From positions 4,933,741 through 4,997,740 of the forward strand of contig MU058636.1 in NCBI GenBank assembly GCA_013265495.1: a stretch of DNA of 64,000 bases, written 5' to 3'. The stretch's first letter is position 1; each line of letters opens with the position of its first letter. Under the pieces are notes generated by a model, which worked only from the letters and a program-made list of their open reading frames with translations, searched no databases and was not told the DNA's origin. The stretch comes from Vicugna vicugna (Eukaryota). Shown piece by piece: positions 38,099 to 49,320 of this stretch. The translations under genes were made by a program, and so were the position numbers.

Positions 38099-40795
38099 GT
38101 ATGTGTAGTGCTTTATAGTTTATACAGCGATTAAGCAAATAGTTACCTACATTTTATAAACAAGAAAATGGAGCCACCTCTGTAGGATAAGCTATAGATA
38201 TTTGTACAAAGCTAATCTTCTGAGTTGTCTATTTGCATCTCAGAAGGAAGTCTGTATTTTGAAGTTTATTTCTGACTAGTGTTTATTTTTAAAATGCAGT
38301 TCAGTTTTTGTGAATTTTTACCCATCTAGCTGAAGAAAATTTGTGATTTCCAGGGGGTTAAAAAGAAATACCTTCTTTGAAATTGAAAGATAGTAAAACC
38401 AATTTCTGTACTGACTGACTTAAGTTTGTTTTCCTAAGAAAATATAGAAAGAAGAGATCAAAAATTAATTTTAAAATGAGTAATTGTAATTGAGTAATTT
38501 GCATTAATGGATCTGTGATTTAACTGATATTGTTGGATAGCTGAATAGTAAGAATTACAGACAACTAGGAGTATATGATACAATAAGATAGTAGAATTAC
38601 AGAGTTTTAGATCTGGAAGAGAGGTGAAATGGGGATGGAGATGAGAGTTGGATCATTTGATGGAATTCATTGCATCATCTAATTGAACTCTTCTGTGCTG
38701 TTTAGGATCTTACAGTGGGAGATAGAGGGAGACTGGTTGGGAAGGAGGGAGGAAGAGCCATGGTTAGTAAGAGGGAGATTGTGATTTTATTCTTGTTTCA
38801 GGCAGAGGTGTCTGACAGTTAAGAATCTTTGTCATAGTATGTAACCTGGAATATCTGTTGCCTACTTTTCATTTGAAAGTTCAGTTTTAAGGGAAAAAAA
38901 TGTTAATTAAGAAAAGCTCGAAGGGTGGCAGTTCATAATACCTATAGATTGATTATTGGTTTATTTTCTTTAAGGATTGCTTTTTAAAAACACTATTACA
39001 AACACTTTGAAATAACACATCTGTAAGAGAGCTATCTTCAATCCCTAGTTCGAACCATATCTGTATTCCATTTTAACAGACAATAAAATAATTTTGAATT
39101 CTGTATTTTCCTATTAATTTAGTTCTGAAAATATTTCTCCACTTTATTTCCTGTCTCCCCGGAGGTGCTTTTATTTTTGGTGTATGTTGTAGTGGTGCTT
39201 GTTTTACAAAAGTGTCATTATAGTACCCATATGGGCAACATACATGCAGAGTTGAGAATAACACTTTCCTCACTCCTGAGTTTTAGTATAGATGAGTTGA
39301 TATAACTTTATATCAGCTTTATAATGACTGCATAATATTCCATGGCAGAGATTTACCACATTTCTTATTGCTGTTCCTTTGTTGATGTTAGTTAGGGTTT
39401 TTTCCATGTTTTTTTTTCTCCCACAATAAGCAGTATTGAGTTAAATATTCTTCTGCATTAATGTCAGCATTTTTATTCCTGTGAAATAGAGTTGAAAGAG
39501 AGGGATTGCTGGGTTGATGGAAATGTGTCATTAAAACTTTATAGGTGTAATTAATACGTTTCTTTCAGAAAGACTGTAATAATTCACATTTCCATCATCA
39601 TCTGACAGATCAGTGGTTTTTGTATTGTTCCCTGGGGACTTTTCTTAACAAGAAGAAGAGTCAGGGGCATTGGGGTACCCATCCCCCAAATTCAGCTAAA
39701 GTGGTTCTCTTTTAATCCGTTCAATATACTAGACATTGTTCTAAGATACTGGTTGAAAGATTAAGTTTTGTGATTAAAATAAGTTTGAAGAATCATTGCT
39801 TTTTCTTCTAGATCAGATTAGGCATTGAGATCACTGACTTTTCAGGTGCCTTGTGTTGACTCCCCATTCCTGTAGAGTCTTTTTATTGAATCGTATTTGA
39901 AGTGCTTTGAATTGTACTTTGGCTTGCATTGAGGAATAAAAATAATTAACTAAAACTCACTTTCATACTTATTCTAAGTTTGTTGTCAAGTTATTCTTTA
40001 TATCACTGACCTAGTGAGATGAGTTCAGTGAAGACTCAGAAAAAGCTTTGCTTACCCCTGAGCAAGTCTTAGGTTTGGACTTAACTCTTGGACATTGTTA
40101 ATCTTATAGTTGATATTTCTGTTTGTTTTATTCATCTTACGTTCTTTGAAGATAGTTTGTTAGCGGTTATTGGTTATGTACTGTAATTATAGTGCTGTAT
40201 ATTTTGATTTTAAATTAAGTGAAAGCAAGAAGTTAGATGTGCTCCTGTTACTGTTTCCAGTCACATAACCATGTAGACAGCTGTGGTGTAGTTCCAGTTA
40301 CATCATTCAGGAGCTTTCTGATCCTGGGCAGATCCATGACCTTGTACTGACCTTCGTTTCTTCATTTGTTAAATAGGGATGATAATAGAATGGAAGTTGA
40401 TAATTCCTCCAAAACATCTTTCAGCAAATTCAGTGACTGGTTTTGTATACTTCTAATGGATTTCTTGGTGAAAGCCCAAAAAAAAGAAGAAACCAAAGTA
40501 CAACCTACTGAAGGTGAATATGTGGGGTCTTAAGACAGATGTGGCTCAGATTTGGAGCTTTCTGGTGCTGTTGTTTAACCCACTTAAAATACTAAAGGAA
40601 ATGTTCCTTAACTTTCTTTTTTGAGTCCTGAGCCTTTTTAGGTAATAAAAGCTCTGAACCTTCACCTCAGAAAAATGCACATTTTCATATATATGCAATC
40701 TTTATGTACTTTTTCAGATGAGTAGATGGTTCATAGACCTCTTGAAGCCCATTTGTGGGTTTCTTACTTGGAACTTCAGTAGAATTGACCTGTAG

Positions 40796-41045
40796 TAGTG
40801 GTTTCAGTCTAGAGTGATTTTGCCCTGTAGGGACATTTGATAATGTTGGGAAACATTTTTGGTTGTCACACTGGTGATGATAGTTGAGTGTGTGTGTGTG
40901 TGCGCGCGCATGCACGCACCGGCATCTAGTGGACAGAAGACAGGGATACTGCTGAACATCTTGCATAGGAACACCACCCCTATTCCCACCCACCACAGAG
41001 AATTCTTAGGAAAAACATCAGTAGTGCTGAGGTTGAGAAACTCTG
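40796..41045. mobile_element. MER20 with an internal (TG)n(CG)n tract
   Basis: gattttgccc..gggacatttg..acatttttggttgtcac..ggcatctagtgg..agtagtgctgaggttgagaaactctg. Confidence 0.88.
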
Positions 41046-41149
41046 ATCTAGAGGAAGAGCTGAATTGGATCTCTTTCAAAAATGTAACTGTTCTTTGGGT
41101 TTCTTTGATGATGGTTTGGTAGTAGATAAAGCTTGTAATCTCTGGGCCT

Positions 41150-41458
41150 CACTCTGTCTTGAATATTTTCCCCTTAGGTGTTTACATAGTTTATTCTCTT
41201 ATTCTTTTTCAGGTTTCTGCCCAAATGTCACCTCACTGGAGAGTCCTTTTGTGTCTTTGCATCTAAAATAGCTCCCTCTCCCACTTACCCTTTATTTTCT
41301 TAATAACTGACATTAACTAATACACACATACTTACTTGTCTGTCTCCCTCCAACTTCAAATATGTTTCATGAGAGCAGGCATCTTTGTTTTTCTTTACTT
41401 TTGTTTCCCTGGTAGCTAGAACAGATGCTTAAAAGTTTGTTGTTGAAAGAATGAATGT
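41150..41458 (+). mobile_element. L2 3' end
   Basis: caaatgtcacctc..gtctgtctccc..catgagagcagg..tgttgaaagaatgaatg. Confidence 0.75.
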
Positions 41459-41829
41459 CATGAGCCTGTGTTATGGCAAGTTTGTGTTGTTTATTTTGTT
41501 GAAGCCCTATGTTTTAGAGGTCAAATGTGCAGATGGTAAAGTTGACAACCTTTTGTGAACATTAAGTACTCTTACCTAAGTCCTCATCTGGATGTAGCAT
41601 AAGCTAAGGGTGGTGTCTGAGGGCTTAGCCAGGATTAAAAAAATAAATTAGTTTTTTGGCTTCTCTAGAATATGAATCAGGTACCTGAAGTTGTATTCTG
41701 TAGTATTCTCCAAACTTGTTTGACCATGAGACACTCCTTAAAAATGTAGAATCTGAAGTCTCTCCTCAAACCCACTGAATCAAAATTTCTAGAGGAGAGA
41801 TCAGGATATCTTTATTAAAAACATATCAG

Positions 41830-42940
41830 CCAGAAGAGGACAGTCTGAAACAGATGATACTGGAGCAACTGGATTTCCTCATGTAAAAGAATGAAGTTGG
41901 ACCGTGTCTCAAACAATATATAAAAATTAGCTCAAAGTCGATCAATGACCTAAAGAGCTAAAACCATAAATGCTTAGAAGAAAATACAGAGGTAAAATTT
42001 CACCACTTTGGAGATTTGGTAATAGATTTTTAGATATGATAGCAGCAGCATGAGCAATAAAAGAAAAAAATCGGTAACTGTAGGTACATAAAAATTAAAA
42101 ACTTGTACATCAGAGGATGTTATCAACAAAGTGAAAGACAGCCCACCAATTAGTTATCCAGAAATCCTGTAGCTCAACAGGAAAAGAACAAATGACCTAA
42201 TTCAAAAGTCGTGGAAAGGACTTCAATAAACATTTCTTTAAAATCTATGGATTGTAAAGAATCCATAAAATCCTAAGTATTTACCAAAAAGAATTGAAAA
42301 TAAGATCTTAAAGAGATGTTTGTACACTCACATTCATAGCAGTGTTATTCACAGTAGCTACAAGTGGAAACAACCCAAGTGTCCATCAAAACATGAATGA
42401 ATAAACAAAATGTGGTATATCCATATAATAGAATATTATTCAGTTATAAAAAATAATGAAGTTCTGATAATAATAAAACGTGGATGGATCTTGAAAATAT
42501 TATGCTAGATGAAATAAGCCAAACACAACAGGACAATAAATTCTATATGATTATACTTCTATGAGATGTTTAGAATGGTCCAATTCTTACAGTTAGAAAG
42601 TAGATTAGAGGTTACTAGGGGCTGGGGAGAGGAGAGAATGGGACTGTTATTGCTTAATGGTTAGTAAGTTTCTGTTTGGGGTGATGGAAAAGTTTTGGAA
42701 CTAGTTAGTGGTGATGGTTGCACAACATTGTGAATGTAATTAATTAATGCCACTAAATTGTACACTTAAAATGGCTAAAATGAAAAAATTTATGATATAT
42801 ATATATAACCACAAGAAAAGTTAATACTGTATTAAAACTATTGAATTTAAACCAAAAACTACTTAAGCCCAAAACGAAATGGAGAGTGAGTTGTATGGTA
42901 TGTGAATTACATCTCAGTAAAGCCGTCTAAGAAAACAAAA
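41830..42940 (+). mobile_element. LINE-1 3' portion (L1MB-like, internally deleted), next to a MER5-like fragment (about 41703-41822)
   Basis: aaaagaatgaagttggacc..gtggaaacaacccaagtgtccatca..gtggtgatggttgcacaacattgtgaatgta. Confidence 0.85.
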
Positions 42941-44514
42941 GTCAGCACAAAAACAAGCGTCCACGTCTGGACAACACTGCCACAGAACAAAGTTGGGTTG
43001 ATTTTAGCCAGGAAGGATATAAGGTAGATGTTTGCAGTTATCTCTTGTAACAATAGAAGAATCTGTGTAGCTCTCCCATGGAGTGAGCAGCAGCTTTCCA
43101 GTTAGGATAAAGCAGCTGCAAAATATCCCTAAGTAGGCAAAGAAATTTAGAGATTTCGAATTATTAGAGATAATTCAGTTAATAACTGAAAAAATGATAG
43201 TCAGTGAGATTAGATTAAAACACTTGTACATACCTTTAAAATTAATACCTTCAGGCATATCTTCAAATATTTATGTACTATGATGGTTTTGTTATGTTTT
43301 CCCATTAAGGAAAATTTACTGAGCAGTTTATCAAACTAAACTTTTTGGTGGACTTCACCTCCAGACTTATCTTCTAGTTACCCTGACTCCTGCCCAATTT
43401 ATTCATTGTTTTTCATCTCCAGGGAACATAACTTTAAAACTTGAAAAAAATTTATCATGATAGGAACAGTTAATGTGAAATTTACCCTGTTAAATATTTA
43501 AATTTATAATATAATAAGTATATAACTTTTAAAGCAAAGTTAGGAATTATTTGTCATTATGGCTATTCTACTACTTTTAATTAAGTAGAATTAATTATAC
43601 TTTAATCTGCATACAGTGTGATATGGTCCTTAAATATCAATATGTATAGTATGCTTATGCCTATTTTATTGTAGTCTTTTCAAAGAGATACAAATGTAGT
43701 TTAATGCAAGGTATATTGCATTTTGAATTGAAAATATAGGTCTCTCTGAGTGGCACTGTTTAAGTTACACTGAGCAGCTTATTACTAAACGTGGTAGCTC
43801 TTTGTGAACAGTTTTCATTCTGAGTCCCCTAGTTGAGGGAAGGTTAGGGGAAATAACTGGGATGCCTAGGAGATAAATGACTATACCTACCTTGGTCTGA
43901 GATAAGGTCAGGATGTTCTCTATTCAGGGATAAAGGTTGCCTCCTGCTGTCATAATCATTTTCTCCCACTAAACCATACCTCTCTCCTGTTTTCTATTAT
44001 ATCCTACCTTTGAATGTTCTCTTCCTATTATTGCATCTGTGAGCCCCTCATGTATTCTAGCAGTCTTCTTATGTTCCAATTGGTATGTCTCTGTCTTTGG
44101 AAATTCCGAAATACAAATCTGATTGCTCTTTGTGATCACTGGAGAACAAAGAAAAACAGACCATAACCTCCTCGTGTGATAAAGACCGAACTTCTTGTCA
44201 GGGATATAGAAAAACCTGAGATTAACTGGTCTCAATTTTTTTATAATCCTCTTCACATGTGCACATATATACATACACACATGTGCATACCAGTTAAATT
44301 ACTTTGTTAACGTCACTCTGCTACAATACATGTATCTTAATATAAATTAGCCCTGTGGTAAGTAGGTGAATGATTTTAGTATAATGCGGAAGTATCATTG
44401 GTCATAAATGTTCTTTTTCCAGCACATTAATATTTTGAAGCATTCAAAGGCAATCTTACTTCCAAAGATAACATTTTAACAGCATATGAAGATAAGAGCT
44501 GAAAATCCTTAATG

Positions 44515-45410
44515 CATAATCAAAACCAGAATGAGATCAGACCACACTTGTTAGAACAGCTATTAACAAAAAAGATAAGAAATCATTGTTGGTGAAGATG
44601 TGGAAAAAAGGGAACCCTTGTGTACTGTTGATGGGAAGGTATATTGGTGAAGCCACTTTGGAAAACAGTATGGAGATTCCTCAAAAAATTAAAAATAGAA
44701 CTGCTATATGATCCAGCAATTCTACTTCTAGGTATCTTTCCAAAGAAAATGAAAACACTAATTCGCAAAGATACATGCACTCCCATGTTCATTGCAGTGT
44801 TATTTACAATAGCCAAGATGTGGAAACAATTTATGTCCATTGATGGATGAATGATTAAAGAAAATGTGACACATAGACACACACAGTGAAATATTACTCA
44901 GCCATAAAAAAGAAGAAACCCCTTCCATTTGCAACAGCATGAATGGACCTTGAGGGCATTATGCTGAGTGAAATAAGTCAAAGATAAGTACTGTATGAAC
45001 TCTCTTATATGTAAAATCTGAAAAAAAAAGGAAAAAAAAAACCCCAACAAACCAGAAACCTGAACTCAATAGATTCAAGAAACAGATTGGTAGTTGCCAG
45101 AGGGAGGGGATGGGGAGTTGGGTGAAGTAGATGAAGGAGGTCAAAAAATACAAACTTCCAGTTAAAAAAGTAAGTCATGGGATGCAATGCACAGCATGGT
45201 GACTATGGTTATTAATACTTTATTATGCATTTGAAAGTTGCTAAGAGAATGTAGATCTTAAACACTTTCTTCACGAGAAAATATGTAACTGTGTAGTGAT
45301 GGATGTTAACTAGATTTGTGGCAATCATTTTGCAGTATATACATATAATGAATCATTATATTGCATACCTGAAACTAATACAATGTCAGTTATATCACAG
45401 TGAAAATTAA
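44515..45410 (+). mobile_element. LINE-1 3' end (ORF2 C-terminus plus 3' UTR)
   Basis: ORF 44644-44850 ([44 protein letters not shown]) is the L1 ORF2 C-terminal region. Confidence 0.92.
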
Positions 45411-45724
45411 GAAATTTTAAAATGTGGTATCATATGTTATGTTTGAATTTATACTGGATCTAGATGCTTGACAAAAAGATTGTTTAGATTTATTTTGCTA
45501 TGAAGGAAAATACGTTCTGTAAGTGATCCATAGATGCAGTGAAAAAAGAACGAGTTGAAAATCTTGATACAAAATTGCCTCTGTTATAAGCAGAAGATTT
45601 AATAGTATCAGGAATCTCTAATCTTCTGTTAAGCTGTCTGATACAGCTGCAAGGGTAGGTGAAATATCTGTGAGGCTATTTCCCCCACTTTTAATGAAAA
45701 ATTGAAGGCTGTCACTGTTTGTCT

Positions 45725-45852
45725 TTAGCTTTTTTTTTTCAGTTCTCTTGTTTTGTTTTTGCTTTTCTTTCTTTCCTTCTTCCCTTTCTGCTTTCCCTTT
45801 TTTCCTCCCTTCCTTCCTTCTTCCCTCCCTTCCTTTCTTCTCCCTCTTTCTC
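45725..45852. repeat. CT-rich (TTCC/TTTC) low-complexity tract
   Basis: Nearly pure pyrimidine on +, including (ttcc)n units. Confidence 0.9.
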
Positions 45853-45922
45853 CTAGGGGTTGAACCCAGGACCTTGTGCATGCTAAGCATAGGCTCTACC
45901 ACTGAGTTATTCCCCTCTCCCC
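45853..45922 (-). mobile_element. tRNA-derived SINE head (camelid vic-1 type)
   Basis: ctaggggttgaacccaggaccttgtgcatgctaagcataggctctaccactgagttat. The tail is replaced by a pyrimidine-rich simple repeat. Confidence 0.85.
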
Positions 45923-46663
45923 TAAATTCTTAATTTTGCTAAAATTTTTCCTATTAGAAATAAGCACCTTCAGAGACCTATATTTGAAGGGAAAAGCCTG
46001 AGTTCCAAGATTTAAGGCTAAGTTTGATTATGATGCTGGGAACAATTGTCAGTCGATAGTAACTATGCAGTATTTTATTAGGATTGTTGTTTTGCTAATG
46101 TTCTTTTCTGTTATTTTTAAGTGTTGATTTTGCAGAGTGCCAGATTTTTCTAGAAACACACATGTGTTTTGATAGCTACCTGTCCTTGTTTCTTTTCTTA
46201 GACCTGCTATATCTTTGTGCTTTTGCTCATGGCTCAGTATTTCCTCTGCCCAGAATACTCACCTCACCACCCTGTTGTCCTCCACAGCTTAAATTTCAGC
46301 TCTCTGTGATGTGCTGCTGACAACTTTCTTTATTGTCTTTGACAGAATGAATTGTTCCCTCATTTGTGTTTCCTTTATAACATTGATTTTATGTATACAA
46401 GCCAATGATTTTTAGTAAATTTAGAGTGTGAAACCGTTGCCCTCCAAACATTACTTGCTGCGTCCATTTGTAGTCACTCATTTCTCACCCCTAGCCAACT
46501 AGTATATTTTCTGCTTCTGTAGATTTGCCCTTTGTGGATCTTTCATGTGAATGTAACCACACAATATGTAGCCTTCTGTGTCTGGCTTTTACTTGGATAC
46601 TGGTTTTGAGATTCATCTGTGTTGTCTTACAGATCAGTACTTTGTTTCTTTTTATTTCTAATT

Positions 46664-46726
46664 ATTGTAGGGATATACCACATTTTGTTTATCCCATTGT
46701 AGGGATATACATTTTGTTTATCCATT
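46664..46726. repeat. Near-perfect ~30-bp tandem duplication inside an antisense L1 fragment (about 46390-46770)
   Basis: attgtagggatataccacattttgtttatccc followed by attgtagggatatacattttgtttatcc. Confidence 0.85.
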
Positions 46727-47024
46727 CGCTAGTTAATAGATATTTGGATTGTTCACACTTTTTGGCTCTTAGGGTACATTGTTGCTCAACTTTGTAAAAA
46801 TCCCCATGGAACTTTCTTTAAGTGCAGATGTTTGGGCCTCAGTGTTAGGGGATTCAGCCTGTTCCAAAGGTTGGAGATCATTAGGTTAAGGGAATAAGTC
46901 TTAGGAGTCATATATGGATTAGTTCCAGTTTAACTGCTAGATAACTTCAGCATAGTTTATTCTCCCTGATTCTGAGTATCCTCATTTATAAAATGGGTAT
47001 AATATATAACCAGTCTTATTATTA

Positions 47025-49320
47025 AGAATATTTGTTGAGCGCTTGCTTTTTGCCCTTTATTGTATTATGTATTAAGTATACTGCAATGAATCAAATGGGA
47101 TACTTGTTCTTACAGTTTTTAGTTTAGAAGGGGAAACATGTTAGAGGTTAAATATGTACAATAATGATAAATTCTTTGAAGGAAAGTACAGGAGTAGTGT
47201 GAAAGCGTGTAGTGGAGATTTAATTTAGCTTGGGGGGATTTGGGACAGTGTCTCTGAGGAATTGACATACAAGACTTGAAAAGTCAGTGTTAGCCAGGCA
47301 TGAGGGGAAGGAGTAACACAGAGGAGGAACAAGTGTTTGAAGTAGAAAGAATAGCACACACTTACAAAGGTCTTGGTTTGATACCTTTAGGGAATAGCGG
47401 TGTGACTGAGTGTAGTGAGAAAGTGTTCAGATTAGTATAATTTAGAACTTATTTTAAGGTCTGTGGAAACCTATTTAAGAGTTTTAAGTAAGGCAGTGAT
47501 ATGAAGAGATTAGCATATTAAGAGCATTCTGGCTGCTATATGAAGAATGAATTGGAGGTGGCTTAGGTTAGGTTGTGGTGAAGTAATAGCCAAATGAAGG
47601 TGAATTTCATATATGTTTTGCAGGTAGCATTTACAGGACTTGATAATTGCTTTAAGTGTTGAAAGAGAATTGTCAAGGGTCACGCCCAGTTTTCTGGGAG
47701 TAACAAGTTGGATACTCTAAGACTGAGAGAAGATTGAAGAAGTACATTTTTGGAGGGAGAAGAAGTTGGGAGATAGTTTGTGTTTTGTTTTGTTTTGTTT
47801 TGTTTTTTAAGTTCAGGATGCCTTTGAGAATAACCCAATGGAAATGTTAAGTTGGCAGTTGTATATATGGATTGGTGTTCAAAAGAGAGCTCTTGGTAGG
47901 GTATGTATTTATTTTTTTAAAGTCTTTGGAATAGCTTTAAGAAAGCTTAGGGGGAAAACTTTGGGAGAAAAACGTGGATTGAAAAGTGAATAGAGTATCT
48001 GTAGTTGAGCTCTGATGAATTACTGATATTTAGGGGTTGAATAGAGGAAAAGGAAACAAAGGAGACAGAGTAACCAGTAAGGTAGGAGAAAATCAAAAAC
48101 GGTAAAGTGTAGTAGAAACCAAAGGAAAAGTATTTCAAGAAGGAGGCTGGCATCATCCATGTGTCATACTGAGATCAGTAAAATTAGGATTAGAAAAGCG
48201 TTCATTTGATTTGATAACATGGAAGGCAGTGATGACTTTAGTTAGCTATTACTGCAAATAACTATACCCTAAATCACCCCAAAAATTAATGGCTCAAAAC
48301 AACCATCATTTATTTAGCTCCCAGTTCTGCAGTTCGGCAGCTTGAGTTTGGCTTAGCTGGGCATTTCTGCTGATCTGGGTCAATCTTAGCTGATTCACCT
48401 GGGCTTGCTCATGCATCTAAGTTGTGTGTCTATGGTCACCTGATGGTTTCTTTGGGGCTGGCTTCATTCATGATAATGATGGCTGGGATAACTGGGATCT
48501 CTTTCCATATATCTCTCCTTTTCCATTGGAATAGCTTCTGGTGTTGTGTTGTGCACTTGTGAGGAGCAGAATTCCAAGAGCAGCAAATCAGTAAACCCCA
48601 AAACACAAGCACATCTTTAGCTTGCCAGTATCCATTGGCCAAAGGAAGTCTTAAGACCGTCTGAGATTCAGTGGCTGAAAAAACACTCTTCTTGATGGGA
48701 AGAGCAACACAGTCATGTTACAAGGGTGTAGATACAGGGAAGGGAAAAATCTGTTGTCATTTTTGAAGCCTGCCAAAATGATTGCAGCAAAAGCATTAAT
48801 GCAGGTGATGGAGGATACTGGAAACAAAATTGGATTAGCATGAAAAGTGAATGGGAACTGAAGAAGTGTGGATTACTTTTTGAAAAACTTGGCTATGAAG
48901 ATAATTTGAGAGAAGACAGTAGCTGGCGGGGTATTGTAGTCTAAGCAGGTGTGTTGTGCTTTCTTTCCCTTTCTGTCTGAATGCCTTCCTTCTACTCAAG
49001 AACAGAGTACTTATACTGAATACTGAGGGAAAGGATCTGGTAGACACAGAATGCTGATGCTGAGGAAAGAGAAGATAACTAATGAAGTGAAAATCTCCTA
49101 GAAACCTGGAGAGGATGAGATTCTGGGTACCCGTGAAGGGAGTAGTTTTTGATATGGGGAGGGCTGCATACTTGGTAACAGGAGGGAAGGAGGGAATAGG
49201 TACAAATGTAGTAGATAGGCAAGCAGATTTAGTAAGGAGAGATGAGGGAAGTTTCTGTTTGACAGAGCTTCTGTTTTCTCAATGAAGTGGAGGCAGTCAG
49301 TGAGAGTAGGGGTTGTGCAA
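47025..49320 (-). mobile_element. L2 LINE relic split by an MLT1-family LTR (about 48240-48775)
   Basis: L2 end tatttgttgagcgcttgct; gatttgataacatggaaggcagtgatgacctt; MLT1 ttagctattactgca..ccaaaaattaatggctcaaaacaacc..ccattggccaaaggaagtc. Confidence 0.75.

Noticed and set aside
39295..39318. Short hairpin agttgatataa-ct-ttatatcagct
   Set aside because: Too short and AT-rich for a miRNA or other ncRNA call, and it lies in an old L1 fragment.
40630..40647. AG|GT motifs as recursive splice sites (cctttttag|gtaata; also cttcag|gtaaat near 17460)
   Set aside because: Short pyrimidine tracts and mediocre donors; such motifs are expected by chance in 60 kb of T-rich sequence.
44644..44850. ORFs with protein-like sequence (also 12174-12572, 33919-34101, 54242-54589, 57482-58048)
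   Set aside because: They are decayed LINE-1 ORF2 fragments, not host genes.
45853..45922. tRNA-Ala-like sequences (four copies)
   Set aside because: They are SINE heads with mutated stems, SINE tails and, in some copies, TSDs; not tRNA genes.
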